Positions 25,083 through 33,965 of a stretch of 64,000 nt of DNA are shown piece after piece (within the stretch, counting starts at the first letter, position 1; the number at the start of each line of letters is the position of its first letter). The position numbers were made by a program, and so were the translations under genes. Under the pieces are notes generated by a model. The model saw only the letters and a list, made by a program, of their open reading frames with translations. It searched no databases and was not told the origin of the DNA. The stretch covers positions 21,058 to 85,057 of the forward strand of contig JACPIE010000013.1 of the NCBI GenBank assembly GCA_016188245.1. Reading direction: 5' to 3'. The DNA comes from Candidatus Woesearchaeota archaeon (GTDB lineage: Archaea > Nanobdellota > Nanobdellia > Woesearchaeales > GW2011-AR4).

Positions 25083-26849
25083 TCAGTAGAACTGGGCAGT
25101 GCATTCAACGCTGCATGACTGGCACGTGAATTTCTCTATGAAATTGCATTTTTCAACCTGTGCGCATAATGTTACAGGAACGCCGGCCTGCATTGTGCCT
25201 CCTTCAGGAATGCATTTTCCTTCGCCGTCAATTGCAACTGTGTCAACTCCCACCTGCCAAGTGCATGTCGGGATAAATCCGACACAATTATCAGGACTTT
25301 CTGAGTAAAATGCTTCTGTTGCCGAACCAACTATTCCTAATGATGTAGATAAAACACCAATTGCCGTTACAACTACCACTGTAGTCACAGATACACTAGC
25401 TGCAGCTGCAGCCGTTGTTAATGCTGAGGCAAATGTTGCACCAGTAGTAGCTGCATTCCAGGCGGCGCTTAGCAAAACTCCGCCAGCTCCAGTGAATACA
25501 GTAAGCACAATTGATATTACCACTATCACCAGCGTAACAAAACACCCAGCATTGGCATCAAACACCTGCCTTGCTATGACATTCTTTAGCTTTTGGCTCT
25601 CGCAAAAAATGGCTGTGAAATCTGTAAAGCCGATTATATTCGCAAAAACTTTTCTGTTAATTCTGTCCTCAGTTGAAGGTATTGGAACCCAAAAGTTGTT
25701 TTTGCCTTTCAATATGCCGACTCCTTTCGCGTCTTTGCCTTCCGGATTATCATAGTATATCTCAAGCTTTTGCGGCTTGTTGAAAATTAGCCCATCTGGC
25801 TCAAAGCTGTAGATGGGATTGTCAGTTACATACACAAGGTCTTCCCTCCTTTTTATCTCCTTATTTTCCTTTTCCACCGGTATGTTTTTTGTCACAACAT
25901 TTTGAGGATAAGACTGCTGTACGCTTATAGAAGAAACATCCTGCCCATTCAGGTTTACAGTGGTGCCTGCAGAAATATCAAGCTGGGCTTTCCTGTCAAC
26001 TGAAAACACAGTATATGGCAAAACTACATTGTTTGTCGCACTTCTGTTCTGCAGGTCAGTCAGCTTTTTAAGCTCCGACCTTCCAAGCTTCGCTGCAAAA
26101 CTGAATGCATAGTTCTGGTTTTCCGGCGTGGCTGATTTTTTGTCGGTAATTGTAAAATATAAGATATCGGTTTCAGGCGCTTTATAGCTTATGTCAAAAT
26201 CCAAAGTTTTAAGGTAGCCAAGATTCTTCAACGGCGCCTTATCATCAAAATCTGCATCAAATGTCTTTTCGTTTGTTTCAGCAGCTGCCTCGAAGATTGC
26301 CCTGTACCTTATGTCAAAGGTATTAAAAAATTCAGAAAATTCTTTGGTATATCCTGCCTGTTTCAGTTTAATCTGGTAATCTGTCTTTATTGTTATATCG
26401 GCAGCCCCAAACTCAATTGCCGTTTTTACTCTGCCTTTTTCGACATCAAATCCGAGCTGCCTTATTTTCGCATCATCTATGCAGGAAGGGATATTCTCAT
26501 TCATGTGCCCTATCATCCTTTCCTGTGTCTGGTTCAAAAACGGTTGGATATTCGCCTGGTCAAGGTGCCAGTAGCTTGTGCCTTTAAAGCTGATAAGGCT
26601 TGGCACTTCAAGGTAGCCTCCTGTCTGCCCAATCTTTTTAATGGCGTCAAAAGCTGTTTTTCTTATGCAGTCATTTGCAAATTTTTCTATTTCTTCTGCT
26701 TTCAGGCTCAATCCCGATATTTTCTCAGCTTCTTCCTGCGCCTCGGATTGTTTGGCATTGCTGTATGCATAAAACCCCGCCACCGCAGCTACAAACATAA
26801 AGATGCCGAGAATTACGAATAATGAAACTTGGGCCTTTTTCAGCGACAT
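25083..26849 (-). CDS. large surface protein with class III (type IV pilin-like) signal peptide
   Basis: 588 aa. The N-terminus MSLKKAQVSLFVILGIFMFVAAVAGFYAYS matches the archaeal prepilin pattern of KK-(G/A), cleavage, Q and a hydrophobic helix. C-terminal hydrophobic and Ala/Thr-rich region plus a Cys-rich end. Confidence 0.6.
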   Translation of the reverse strand: MSLKKAQVSLFVILGIFMFVAAVAGFYAYSNAKQSEAQEEAEKISGLSLKAEEIEKFANDCIRKTAFDAIKKIGQTGGYLEVPSLISFKGTSYWHLDQANIQPFLNQTQERMIGHMNENIPSCIDDAKIRQLGFDVEKGRVKTAIEFGAADITIKTDYQIKLKQAGYTKEFSEFFNTFDIRYRAIFEAAAETNEKTFDADFDDKAPLKNLGYLKTLDFDISYKAPETDILYFTITDKKSATPENQNYAFSFAAKLGRSELKKLTDLQNRSATNNVVLPYTVFSVDRKAQLDISAGTTVNLNGQDVSSISVQQSYPQNVVTKNIPVEKENKEIKRREDLVYVTDNPIYSFEPDGLIFNKPQKLEIYYDNPEGKDAKGVGILKGKNNFWVPIPSTEDRINRKVFANIIGFTDFTAIFCESQKLKNVIARQVFDANAGCFVTLVIVVISIVLTVFTGAGGVLLSAAWNAATTGATFASALTTAAAAASVSVTTVVVVTAIGVLSTSLGIVGSATEAFYSESPDNCVGFIPTCTWQVGVDTVAIDGEGKCIPEGGTMQAGVPVTLCAQVEKCNFIEKFTCQSCSVECTAQFY

Positions 26850-26871
26850 GCTGATTTCCTTCCAGCATTAA

Positions 26872-26879
26872 TATTTAAA
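26872..26879 (-). promoter_or_regulatory. archaeal TATA box (TTTAAATA on minus strand)
   Basis: Lies 23-30 nt upstream of the ATG at 26849. Confidence 0.45.
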
Positions 26880-26946
26880 CATTCTGGTTTAAAAAACAAA
26901 AAAAGCAACAACAAGATTTATATACTTGGATAGCTAACTTTGATTT

Positions 26947-27531
26947 ATGGAACAGGAAACAAAACAGCTCAAGCAGGTCATTTCAAAAGACATGACAATA
27001 GGAGATGTTGTGGCAAAATACCCTTCTGTGATAGAGCCTTTGCAGGCTGCAGGAGTTCATTGCGTAGGCTGCCATGTGTCTTATCATGAGACGCTGGAAC
27101 AGGGCTTTAAAGGGCATGGCATGTCAGATGAAGAGGTTAGCACTACCATTGAAAAGCTAAACAAGGCAGTTGAAGATTCAAAGCTTGACGAAGGCAAAGA
27201 ATTCATTGTAACCAACAAAGCAGCTGAAAAGCTGAAGGAAGTTCTCAAGGAAAACAACAAGGAAGGCTCAGGCTTAAGAGTTGAGATTGTTCCAGGAGGA
27301 TGCTCGGGATTCCAGTATGGGCTGGAGCTGGATGACAGCACAACGGACCTTGACTTGGTTGTAGAGGAAAAAGGCGTAAAGATAATCATCACAAAAGAAA
27401 ACATGAATTTCTTGAAAGGCGCGAAGCTTGATTATGTTGACTCATTGCAGGGCGGCGGATTCAAGATAAGCAATCCAAATGTCAACAAAAGCGGCGGCGG
27501 TTGCGGCTGCGGGCAGAGCTTTGAGTATTAG
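26947..27531 (+). CDS. DUF1858 (hybrid-cluster-associated redox disulfide domain) fused to HesB/IscA Fe-S carrier
   Basis: 194 aa. The N-terminus has MTIGDVVAKYPSVIEPLQAAGVHCVGCHVS. The C-terminal half has CSGFQYGLELD and ISNPN...GCGCG. Ends in TAG. Confidence 0.8.
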   Translation: MEQETKQLKQVISKDMTIGDVVAKYPSVIEPLQAAGVHCVGCHVSYHETLEQGFKGHGMSDEEVSTTIEKLNKAVEDSKLDEGKEFIVTNKAAEKLKEVLKENNKEGSGLRVEIVPGGCSGFQYGLELDDSTTDLDLVVEEKGVKIIITKENMNFLKGAKLDYVDSLQGGGFKISNPNVNKSGGGCGCGQSFEY

Positions 27532-27565
27532 TCTTTGAATTGATAGTGTCCATATTTTTAACAAA

Positions 27566-28015
27566 ATGCCCGAAATCAATGAAAACGCTCCTGATTTCAC
27601 TTTGGCTGATCAGGACGGAAAAGAAACCAGATTAAGCGATTTCAAAGGCAAAAACGTGATTCTTGCTTTTTACCCTTTTGATTTTTCTCCTGTATGCACG
27701 GTTGAGTTTGGCTGCTTTAATGACGATTTAAGCAAGCTTAATGAGCTGGATGCGCAGGTTATTGGGATAAGCGTCGACAGCAAACACTGCCACAAGGCTT
27801 TTGCTGAAAAATTACAGCTGAACTTCCCGTTATTGAGTGATTTTGGAAAAGAAGTCTGCAAACTGTACGGCACATTGAGAAAGGAAGGATTCAGCGAAAG
27901 GGCTTATTTCATAATTGACAGGGAAGGCACAGTAAGATTTAAGTATCTGATGCCTACACCGAAAGATATGCTGGAAAATAAGCAATTGATTGAAGATCTG
28001 AAAGAATTGGAGTGA
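27566..28015 (+). CDS. peroxiredoxin (AhpC/TSA, Bcp-like)
   Basis: 149 aa. Peroxidatic Cys motif FYPFDFSPVCTVE. Confidence 0.9.
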   Translation: MPEINENAPDFTLADQDGKETRLSDFKGKNVILAFYPFDFSPVCTVEFGCFNDDLSKLNELDAQVIGISVDSKHCHKAFAEKLQLNFPLLSDFGKEVCKLYGTLRKEGFSERAYFIIDREGTVRFKYLMPTPKDMLENKQLIEDLKELE

Positions 28016-28019
28016 AAAT

Positions 28020-28499
28020 ATGGGGCAAAAAGGAAGGGAAATAGCAAAACTTGACCACAAATGGCTGCTTAATGAATTAAACAAAGCTTATGCGTTTGAG
28101 TGGGTTGTGCATTATTATGCGGCTTTGGCAAGCGATATTGTTTCTGGGCTGAGAACTCCTGTTTATGCTGAAATTTTCAAAAAAGCTGCTGAAGGCGAGC
28201 TTGGGCATGCAGGCAGGATTGCCAAAAGAATTGCAGAATTGGGAGGAGAGCCTTGCGCATCAATGGCAGAAATTGAAAAATTGGCTGGGTTCGGCAAAGT
28301 AGGCTTCCCAAAAAACAGGAGCGACATCAAGGGATTTATAGAAATTTTTTTGAAGATGGAAAGGCATGCAATAGAGCTTTACAACAATCTATCCAATAAA
28401 ACCCACGGCAAGGATTTGGTTACACACGAGCTTGCAGAAGACTTATTGGCAGAGGAAGTGGCTGAAGAGGAAGAATACGAGAATCTGCTGAAGGGATAA
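28020..28499 (+). CDS. ferritin-like di-iron protein
   Basis: 159 aa. Four-helix pattern with AAEGELGHAGRIAKRI and MERHAIELY. Acidic tail. Confidence 0.7.
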   Translation: MGQKGREIAKLDHKWLLNELNKAYAFEWVVHYYAALASDIVSGLRTPVYAEIFKKAAEGELGHAGRIAKRIAELGGEPCASMAEIEKLAGFGKVGFPKNRSDIKGFIEIFLKMERHAIELYNNLSNKTHGKDLVTHELAEDLLAEEVAEEEEYENLLKG

Positions 28500-28506
28500 T
28501 CCGGCA

Positions 28507-29178
28507 TTAGCCGGAAAATTTCTTTATTGCTGCCTCAGCCAGCACATCTATTGTATTAATTTTGGGAAAATTTTCATTATCAAGCATTACTGCAAATTCC
28601 GTGCATCCTAAAACTACAGCTTCAGCTTTCATGTCTAAATATTTCTGGCAGATTTTTCTGACTTTATCTATCTGTTTTTGTTTATCAATTCCCCTGTTGA
28701 AATTAAATATAGCTTCGCTTAATTGCCGCATCTCTTTTTCAGTTGGCTCAAAAGAGTTTACTCCTTCACACCTGTACAACCCTTGTTTTATTGTATTTGG
28801 CGTGCCTATTATCAGGTTTGATTTAATTCCGCTTTGTTTAAGAGTATTTTTTAGCTCTTGCCTTAAATCAAGTATTGGGGTTTTAATCTCATTTTGCAGC
28901 TTTTCGTAGTAAAGATGTATGGTGTTGCACACCATCACAATGAAATCAACGCCGAATTTATCTAATTCTTTCAGCCCTTGCATATACGGATGCAATTCTT
29001 CATCGGAAATTGTATCGTGAATCAGTTCAGGCGCAGGAATGCTGTTGATTACTATTTGGGGAAAATCTCCATTTGTTTTTATTAGTCTTTTTTCCTGCAA
29101 TCTTCCGATTAGTTTATTGTAAAATTCCCCTGTTGCCTCCGGCCCTATGCCGCCCAGAACACCTATTTTTCTATTCAT
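28507..29178 (-). CDS. aspartate/glutamate racemase family protein
   Basis: IGVLGGIGPEATGEFY, IVMVCNTIH and LGCTEF provide the two catalytic Cys motifs. The ATG at 29178 is preferred. Confidence 0.8.
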   Translation of the reverse strand: MNRKIGVLGGIGPEATGEFYNKLIGRLQEKRLIKTNGDFPQIVINSIPAPELIHDTISDEELHPYMQGLKELDKFGVDFIVMVCNTIHLYYEKLQNEIKTPILDLRQELKNTLKQSGIKSNLIIGTPNTIKQGLYRCEGVNSFEPTEKEMRQLSEAIFNFNRGIDKQKQIDKVRKICQKYLDMKAEAVVLGCTEFAVMLDNENFPKINTIDVLAEAAIKKFSG

Positions 29179-30067
29179 TTTTAGCAGCCTCTCTGTAAGG
29201 CATGAGGATGTTTTCAAGAACTAGTGTTTTGGCAGCTTTTTTCAGCTTTCTGCCCTGCAAATCTTGAATTTCATCTTCTGATAGATATGTTCTGCCCAAT
29301 CTAAAGCCAGAGGCGGAAGCTACCCTTAATAAGTACCTTAAAGCCTCTTCCGGCCCTAAAAGAAGTTTTTGCTCTGATTTGTGCAGCGGTTCATCCAAAA
29401 ACAATCTCTGGCCGTTATTGCTTCCCCTATGCTCAGGAACATAATGGGTCACTTTCTCCGGTTCTCCGGTTCCCAAGGCGTAAGCATCTATGACATATGC
29501 AAAGTCAACCTTCATCCCTAATTCCCGCATTATCCCGTCATAGGCTGCTTCCTTGGATGGCCCGATTTTGGCTTCTATTCCTAATTTTTTCCTTAGAAAT
29601 TGGACGCAGGCAATTTCATTAGTTGTATACTTTGTCGCATTTGGGTTGGATCTGAATTTTTCCGGGACTGTCTGCAGAACTTTGGCTGTAAGTTTTTGGT
29701 CTGCAATTCGCTCTTCCGCCTCTCTCAAAACTTTGCTGTAATCCCCAGATTGCATAAAATCAGAAGACAGGATAATTGCAGGATTATGATTATATAATCG
29801 GCTCAGCCCATTTAATGCTCGTTTTGTCTGTACTAATCCTAGAGCAATATGTTCTTCCGGAACATTGTTAAAACGCTGGAATTCATCAACCAGCAAAATA
29901 GAGTATTCTTTTGTTTCAAGCCCAGCCAGAAAAAGGCCAATCATATCAATTGGCACACTGCCATAGCCAAATCCGAGCCCTAAAAAGGATGTTCTTTTAG
30001 ATAAGTCAATTTCTCTTGGTTCCGTATTTTGTATGAGGCTGCCAAAGGCAACCACTCCCCTGTGCAT
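29171..30067 (-). CDS. hypothetical protein (possible degenerate class Ic aaRS-like Rossmann protein)
   Basis: 298 aa. FLGLGFGYGSVPIDMIGLFLAGLETKEYSILLVDEF loosely resembles the TyrRS/TrpRS N-terminal layout but lacks HIGH and KMSKS. By eye only. Confidence 0.5.
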   Translation of the reverse strand: MHRGVVAFGSLIQNTEPREIDLSKRTSFLGLGFGYGSVPIDMIGLFLAGLETKEYSILLVDEFQRFNNVPEEHIALGLVQTKRALNGLSRLYNHNPAIILSSDFMQSGDYSKVLREAEERIADQKLTAKVLQTVPEKFRSNPNATKYTTNEIACVQFLRKKLGIEAKIGPSKEAAYDGIMRELGMKVDFAYVIDAYALGTGEPEKVTHYVPEHRGSNNGQRLFLDEPLHKSEQKLLLGPEEALRYLLRVASASGFRLGRTYLSEDEIQDLQGRKLKKAAKTLVLENILMPYREAAKNE

Positions 30068-30158
30068 TCATTTGAAATCCAAAGTCAAATTCAAATGTAT
30101 ATAAAACATATGTCACAAAAACAAAATATTTATAAAAAAAGGCTTATTTGTGTCATTT

Positions 30159-30809
30159 ATGACAAATATAGCTGAACATGTAAAGATATTCCTGGACAAT
30201 GACTTTATCATAAGGAAGTGCCTGTTCAGGAACATTCTCAGCCTGAGGGCGCTTTCCAGATACATGATAAAATCCTTGGATTTGCAGGAAAAGAATCTTG
30301 ATGCAGTCATGAGCGCCATAAGGCGCTACAAAAAAGAACAAAAGGCAAAAACAGGCACAGAATTAAAAAAATTGTTTTCAGGGATTGCTGTAAAAACAAG
30401 AAGCAATATTGTGGACATTTGCGTCAAAAAGAGCAAAAAGATACTTGAGCAGCTGAACAGGATAAACTCGATAGTTGATGTCGAGAAAGGGGAGGTAATA
30501 AGGATTGTGCAGGCGGAAGAGGGCATCAGGATAATAATTGACGAAAAAAACATGGAGAAGCTCTTTGGCTGCATCTCAAAGAATGACTGCACGTCAATTG
30601 AAAAAAACCTGGTTGAAATAAATTTGCACTTTGCTTCAGAAGCATCAAAAACAAAAGGCATAGTTTCTTTAATTTCTTCCAGCTTAAGCGCAGAGGACAT
30701 AAACATAGCTGAAATCATCAGCTGCGCGCCTGAGCTGCTGTTATTCATAAAAAAGGATGATTTGATTAAGGCACTGAATGTTATTAGCAGCCTGGAAAAA
30801 AATGTCTGA
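30159..30809 (+). CDS. ACT-domain regulatory protein with N-terminal HTH-like region
   Basis: C-terminal GIVSLISSSLSAEDINIAEIISCAPELLLFIKKDD is ACT-like. ATG at 30159 is preferred over GTG at 30150. Confidence 0.55.
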   Translation: MTNIAEHVKIFLDNDFIIRKCLFRNILSLRALSRYMIKSLDLQEKNLDAVMSAIRRYKKEQKAKTGTELKKLFSGIAVKTRSNIVDICVKKSKKILEQLNRINSIVDVEKGEVIRIVQAEEGIRIIIDEKNMEKLFGCISKNDCTSIEKNLVEINLHFASEASKTKGIVSLISSSLSAEDINIAEIISCAPELLLFIKKDDLIKALNVISSLEKNV

Positions 30810-30851
30810 TTTTGTGATTTTGTTCTGGGTTGCCCGATATGCCTCAAAGAA

Positions 30852-30881
30852 ATTAATATACCATTCCCTATATTAATATAC
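30852..30881 (+). repeat. two direct copies of ATTAATATAC spaced 20 nt apart, upstream of the ParA-type gene
   Basis: Copies at 30852-30861 and 30872-30881. A related inverted sequence, taatattaa, lies near 30908. Confidence 0.5.
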
Positions 30882-30939
30882 TAAAACGTTACATTTAAAT
30901 ATGACCTATAATATTAAAAATCCTTCTTGAGGTGATTGG

Positions 30940-31875
30940 ATGAGAAAAATAGCGGTATTCAGCCAAAAAGGCGGTGTTGGCAAGACAACAACATCTGTAA
31001 ATCTTGCAGCGGGCCTGTCAAGAAACAACAAAAAGGTCCTTTTGATTGATTTGGATCCTCAGGGGGACGTTTATTCATGCCAGAATATTGACGCAAAATA
31101 CAACATCTGCCATTTTCTCATGGAAGGCGCTTCACTGCAGGAATGCACAAGCAAGCTCGGCAAAAACCTTGAGGTAATCCATTCAGACCACAAGCTTGCT
31201 GAAGCAGAGCAGCAGATAAGCAAAGAAAAAGACAGCATAAGCTTCCTTGAAAAGAAATTTTCACAAGTTAAAGGGTATGACTACATAATTCTTGACTGCC
31301 CGCCTTCATGGAGGCTTTTGAACAAAAATGCGCTGGAATATGCAAGCGAAGTTATTATTCCCGCTTCAGCAGATATTCTCGGCTATGCAGCTCTTGAAAA
31401 AACTGTCAGGCGGATCATGGAATTCAGCAGCTTCAACCACCATACTGAATTTGTCAGCTCTATCCTGCCAACCATGTTTGATGCAAGGAGCAGGGTTTGC
31501 GCTGAAGCTCTTGCCAGAATGAAAAAAGAGTTCACTCCGCTGCTGGTTGCAGATCCGATAAGGGCAAATTCAAAGCTCAAGGAAGCCCCAAAGGCAAAAA
31601 TGTCAATTTTCAGCTATGACAAAGGCTCGGCAGGCGCGGAAGACTACTGGAAATTCACAAAAACAGTTTTAGAAAGAGAATTCATGTACGATTTAAGCAT
31701 TCCCGGCCAGCAAAGGGAAAAGGCAGTCAAAGACTATTTTGTAAACGGCAAAAAGAGAGAGCTGATTATGGCCAGAAACAAATCTGTTTTCGGCTTCAGA
31801 TTTATGTCAAATTTTACAAGCTCTGTAAAAAGCGCATTTGACGGCAAGAAGCAGAAGAAGGCGGGCTATGCTTGA
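30940..31875 (+). CDS. ParA/MinD-type P-loop ATPase
   Basis: 311 aa. Deviant Walker A in KIAVFSQKGGVGKTTTSVNLAAGL. SD-like GAGGTGA lies 6 nt upstream. Confidence 0.9.
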   Translation: MRKIAVFSQKGGVGKTTTSVNLAAGLSRNNKKVLLIDLDPQGDVYSCQNIDAKYNICHFLMEGASLQECTSKLGKNLEVIHSDHKLAEAEQQISKEKDSISFLEKKFSQVKGYDYIILDCPPSWRLLNKNALEYASEVIIPASADILGYAALEKTVRRIMEFSSFNHHTEFVSSILPTMFDARSRVCAEALARMKKEFTPLLVADPIRANSKLKEAPKAKMSIFSYDKGSAGAEDYWKFTKTVLEREFMYDLSIPGQQREKAVKDYFVNGKKRELIMARNKSVFGFRFMSNFTSSVKSAFDGKKQKKAGYA

Positions 31876-31996
31876 AAAAATAAAGATAATAATCATCGTG
31901 ATGATTGGCATTTTATTGTTTAACATGTTTTATGAATTGTATTTCTATTTTGCCAAATCGCTGTTTTATTTTATAAAGAACAAAAATCTGGCTTAA
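31868..31996 (+). CDS. possible 42-aa single-TM micro-protein overlapping the ParA stop
   Basis: An ATGCTTGA overlap gives MLEKIKIIIIVMIGILLFNMFYELYFYFAKSLFYFIKNKNLA. Not in the ORF track. Weak. Confidence 0.3.
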   Translation: MLEKIKIIIIVMIGILLFNMFYELYFYFAKSLFYFIKNKNLA

Positions 31997-32186
31997 ATAT
32001 CAATAACACCTTGGCTGTCTAGCGGTTTCTTTTGTTGCTTCAGCCATTTAAGAGTTTGGCTATTCTGATGATTTTTGGGCTTATGGGGAAAAAACTGGCA
32101 GAAAATCTGTCAGGTTTAGATAGGTTTTTAAATAAATATCCCTTATTTGTTATAAAAAGGGGAATTCTTTTTTTTATATTGGAAAG

Positions 32187-32756
32187 ATGGAAAGGAAGTA
32201 CACGGTAAGAATTGGAAGCATGAATATGATTGACTTAGATAGGCTTAGGGATGAATTTCAAAGTGGTAGTTTTCATGATACATTTAAACCAACAGAAGTT
32301 TTCCTGGGCGGCAGTAATTTATTTATTGTAACCGATACTGGTGATGAAATTAGAGCAAGGTATCAAAGTATTGGATATGCCTTTGTAGGGCCTTTAGAGC
32401 AACAAAATATGTTAAATGCAGTAAAATCTGCTTTAGGTGTAGCAAAAATTTTAACCGCCTTTCCAATAAGTTTTAACCCAAATCTATTAAGCTTATATCT
32501 AGGCCATTTTAGTGGTGGGGACGCAGAATTTGAAAAGGAGATGAGGCCTATTGCAATAGCTTTACAAAAAAGGTTATATGGGGGTGGCGGCATCGGGTAT
32601 ACTCAATCTTCAAATGATTTTTCATTAGATTTGGGAACAGAGCAGGAAATAGGAGAAAAACAAGGAATTCTTAAAGTTAAAAAAATAGAAGTTGAAGGGG
32701 CAGCACAGCCAGCAAATTCTTTAGACGAGTTATTAGATAGATTAAAACAAAAATAA
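32187..32756 (+). CDS. hypothetical protein
   Basis: 189-aa ORF. By eye it is more AT-rich and richer in TTA codons than its neighbours. No family recognised. Confidence 0.5.
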   Translation: MERKYTVRIGSMNMIDLDRLRDEFQSGSFHDTFKPTEVFLGGSNLFIVTDTGDEIRARYQSIGYAFVGPLEQQNMLNAVKSALGVAKILTAFPISFNPNLLSLYLGHFSGGDAEFEKEMRPIAIALQKRLYGGGGIGYTQSSNDFSLDLGTEQEIGEKQGILKVKKIEVEGAAQPANSLDELLDRLKQK

Positions 32757-32758
32757 AT

Positions 32759-33205
32759 CTAAATATCCACCACCACGGTAGCTTTGTAGCCATTCTTTTC
32801 TTTCTTGAGCTCGAACATGTGCATTGTGATTGCCTTTATGTCATTTTCCAGATGCTGCACTTCGGGATTTATCCTGTCGCCTTCAAGGACTGCCTTGAGG
32901 CAGTTTTTCTTGCCCTCGCTTATTGCAACATGAACATTCTTAAAAACCATGTACTTTGAATCCTTCAAAAATAAGATTTCAGAAAGAAAATCATACAAAA
33001 GATTATCAAGCTTCACGTTTTCCAGCTCAAATTCAACTTTCTTTACTGCATCAATCGTTTCAACATCTGCACTTAATTCAAAGATTGCCGATGCTGCGTT
33101 CTCGAATAATTCGTTAAGGGTTTTTCCGTAAGCTTCAAATGCAATGTCGGCTATCGCTACATCTTCAAGAAACCTGTATTTTGTCCTGTCGTTGTTGATG
33201 TTCAT
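32759..33205 (-). CDS. archease (RtcB activator)
   Basis: YRFLEDVAIADIAFEAYGKTLNELFENAA ... ATVVVDI. ATG at 33205 is preferred over the TTG at 33229. Lies 1 nt after the ZIP stop. Confidence 0.85.
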   Translation of the reverse strand: MNINNDRTKYRFLEDVAIADIAFEAYGKTLNELFENAASAIFELSADVETIDAVKKVEFELENVKLDNLLYDFLSEILFLKDSKYMVFKNVHVAISEGKKNCLKAVLEGDRINPEVQHLENDIKAITMHMFELKKEKNGYKATVVVDI

Positions 33206-33206
33206 T

Positions 33207-33956
33207 TTAATGCCGGAACAGTTCTCCAATAATCCATATTAAAAAGATGCCAAGCGCAAGCAAAGCAAACTGGACAAGTGATTTTTTCAGGTCCTTCTCC
33301 TTTTGTATTTCTGGAATCAAATCAGTGCTTGCAATGTAAACAAAACCGCCAACGGCAAAAGATGTCAGGAAGGTGCTTGAGTTTTGGATTGCGCTTGAGT
33401 AAAAGTATGCAGCCAATGCCCCTATAACTGCAGTCAGGGCAGTCATAAAATTGTAAACCAGCGCTTTCGTTTTTGAGAATCCGCCATATATTAAGATTGA
33501 AAAATCAGCTATCTCCTGGGGAATTTCGTGCGCAATTATCGCTATTGTGGCAACAATGCCGAGCGCTGTGCTGTTCATGAAGCTCACCGCGATAACCGCG
33601 CCGTCAAGGAAATTGTGGATTGCGTCCCCAACAATATTAAGGTACGTGAAGCCGTGCACTTCCTCGTGCTCATGCCCTGCATGGTGGTGGTGCCAGTGCA
33701 GGAACTTTTCCAGAATGAAAAAAGACAATATGCCGAGCAGAATAAAAACAGGCACGCTTTCTTTAAATCCTTCTTCAAGAGCTTCTGGAAGCAGGTCAAG
33801 AAATGCCGCCCCCAGCAGGGTTCCTGCTGCAAAGCTTACAAGAAAAAACAAAATTTTATTCAGGGTTTTTTTCCGGAAAAAAATCAGGATCCCCAGAATG
33901 GAGACTAAGCTGACTATAAAGACTGCGATAAGGATTTGTGCAAGGATTGTCAACAT
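33207..33956 (-). CDS. ZIP-family divalent metal transporter
   Basis: 249 aa. His-rich loop HWHHHHAGHEHEE and HEIPQEIADF. Confidence 0.88.
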   Translation of the reverse strand: MLTILAQILIAVFIVSLVSILGILIFFRKKTLNKILFFLVSFAAGTLLGAAFLDLLPEALEEGFKESVPVFILLGILSFFILEKFLHWHHHHAGHEHEEVHGFTYLNIVGDAIHNFLDGAVIAVSFMNSTALGIVATIAIIAHEIPQEIADFSILIYGGFSKTKALVYNFMTALTAVIGALAAYFYSSAIQNSSTFLTSFAVGGFVYIASTDLIPEIQKEKDLKKSLVQFALLALGIFLIWIIGELFRH

Positions 33957-33965
33957 TTTATATCA

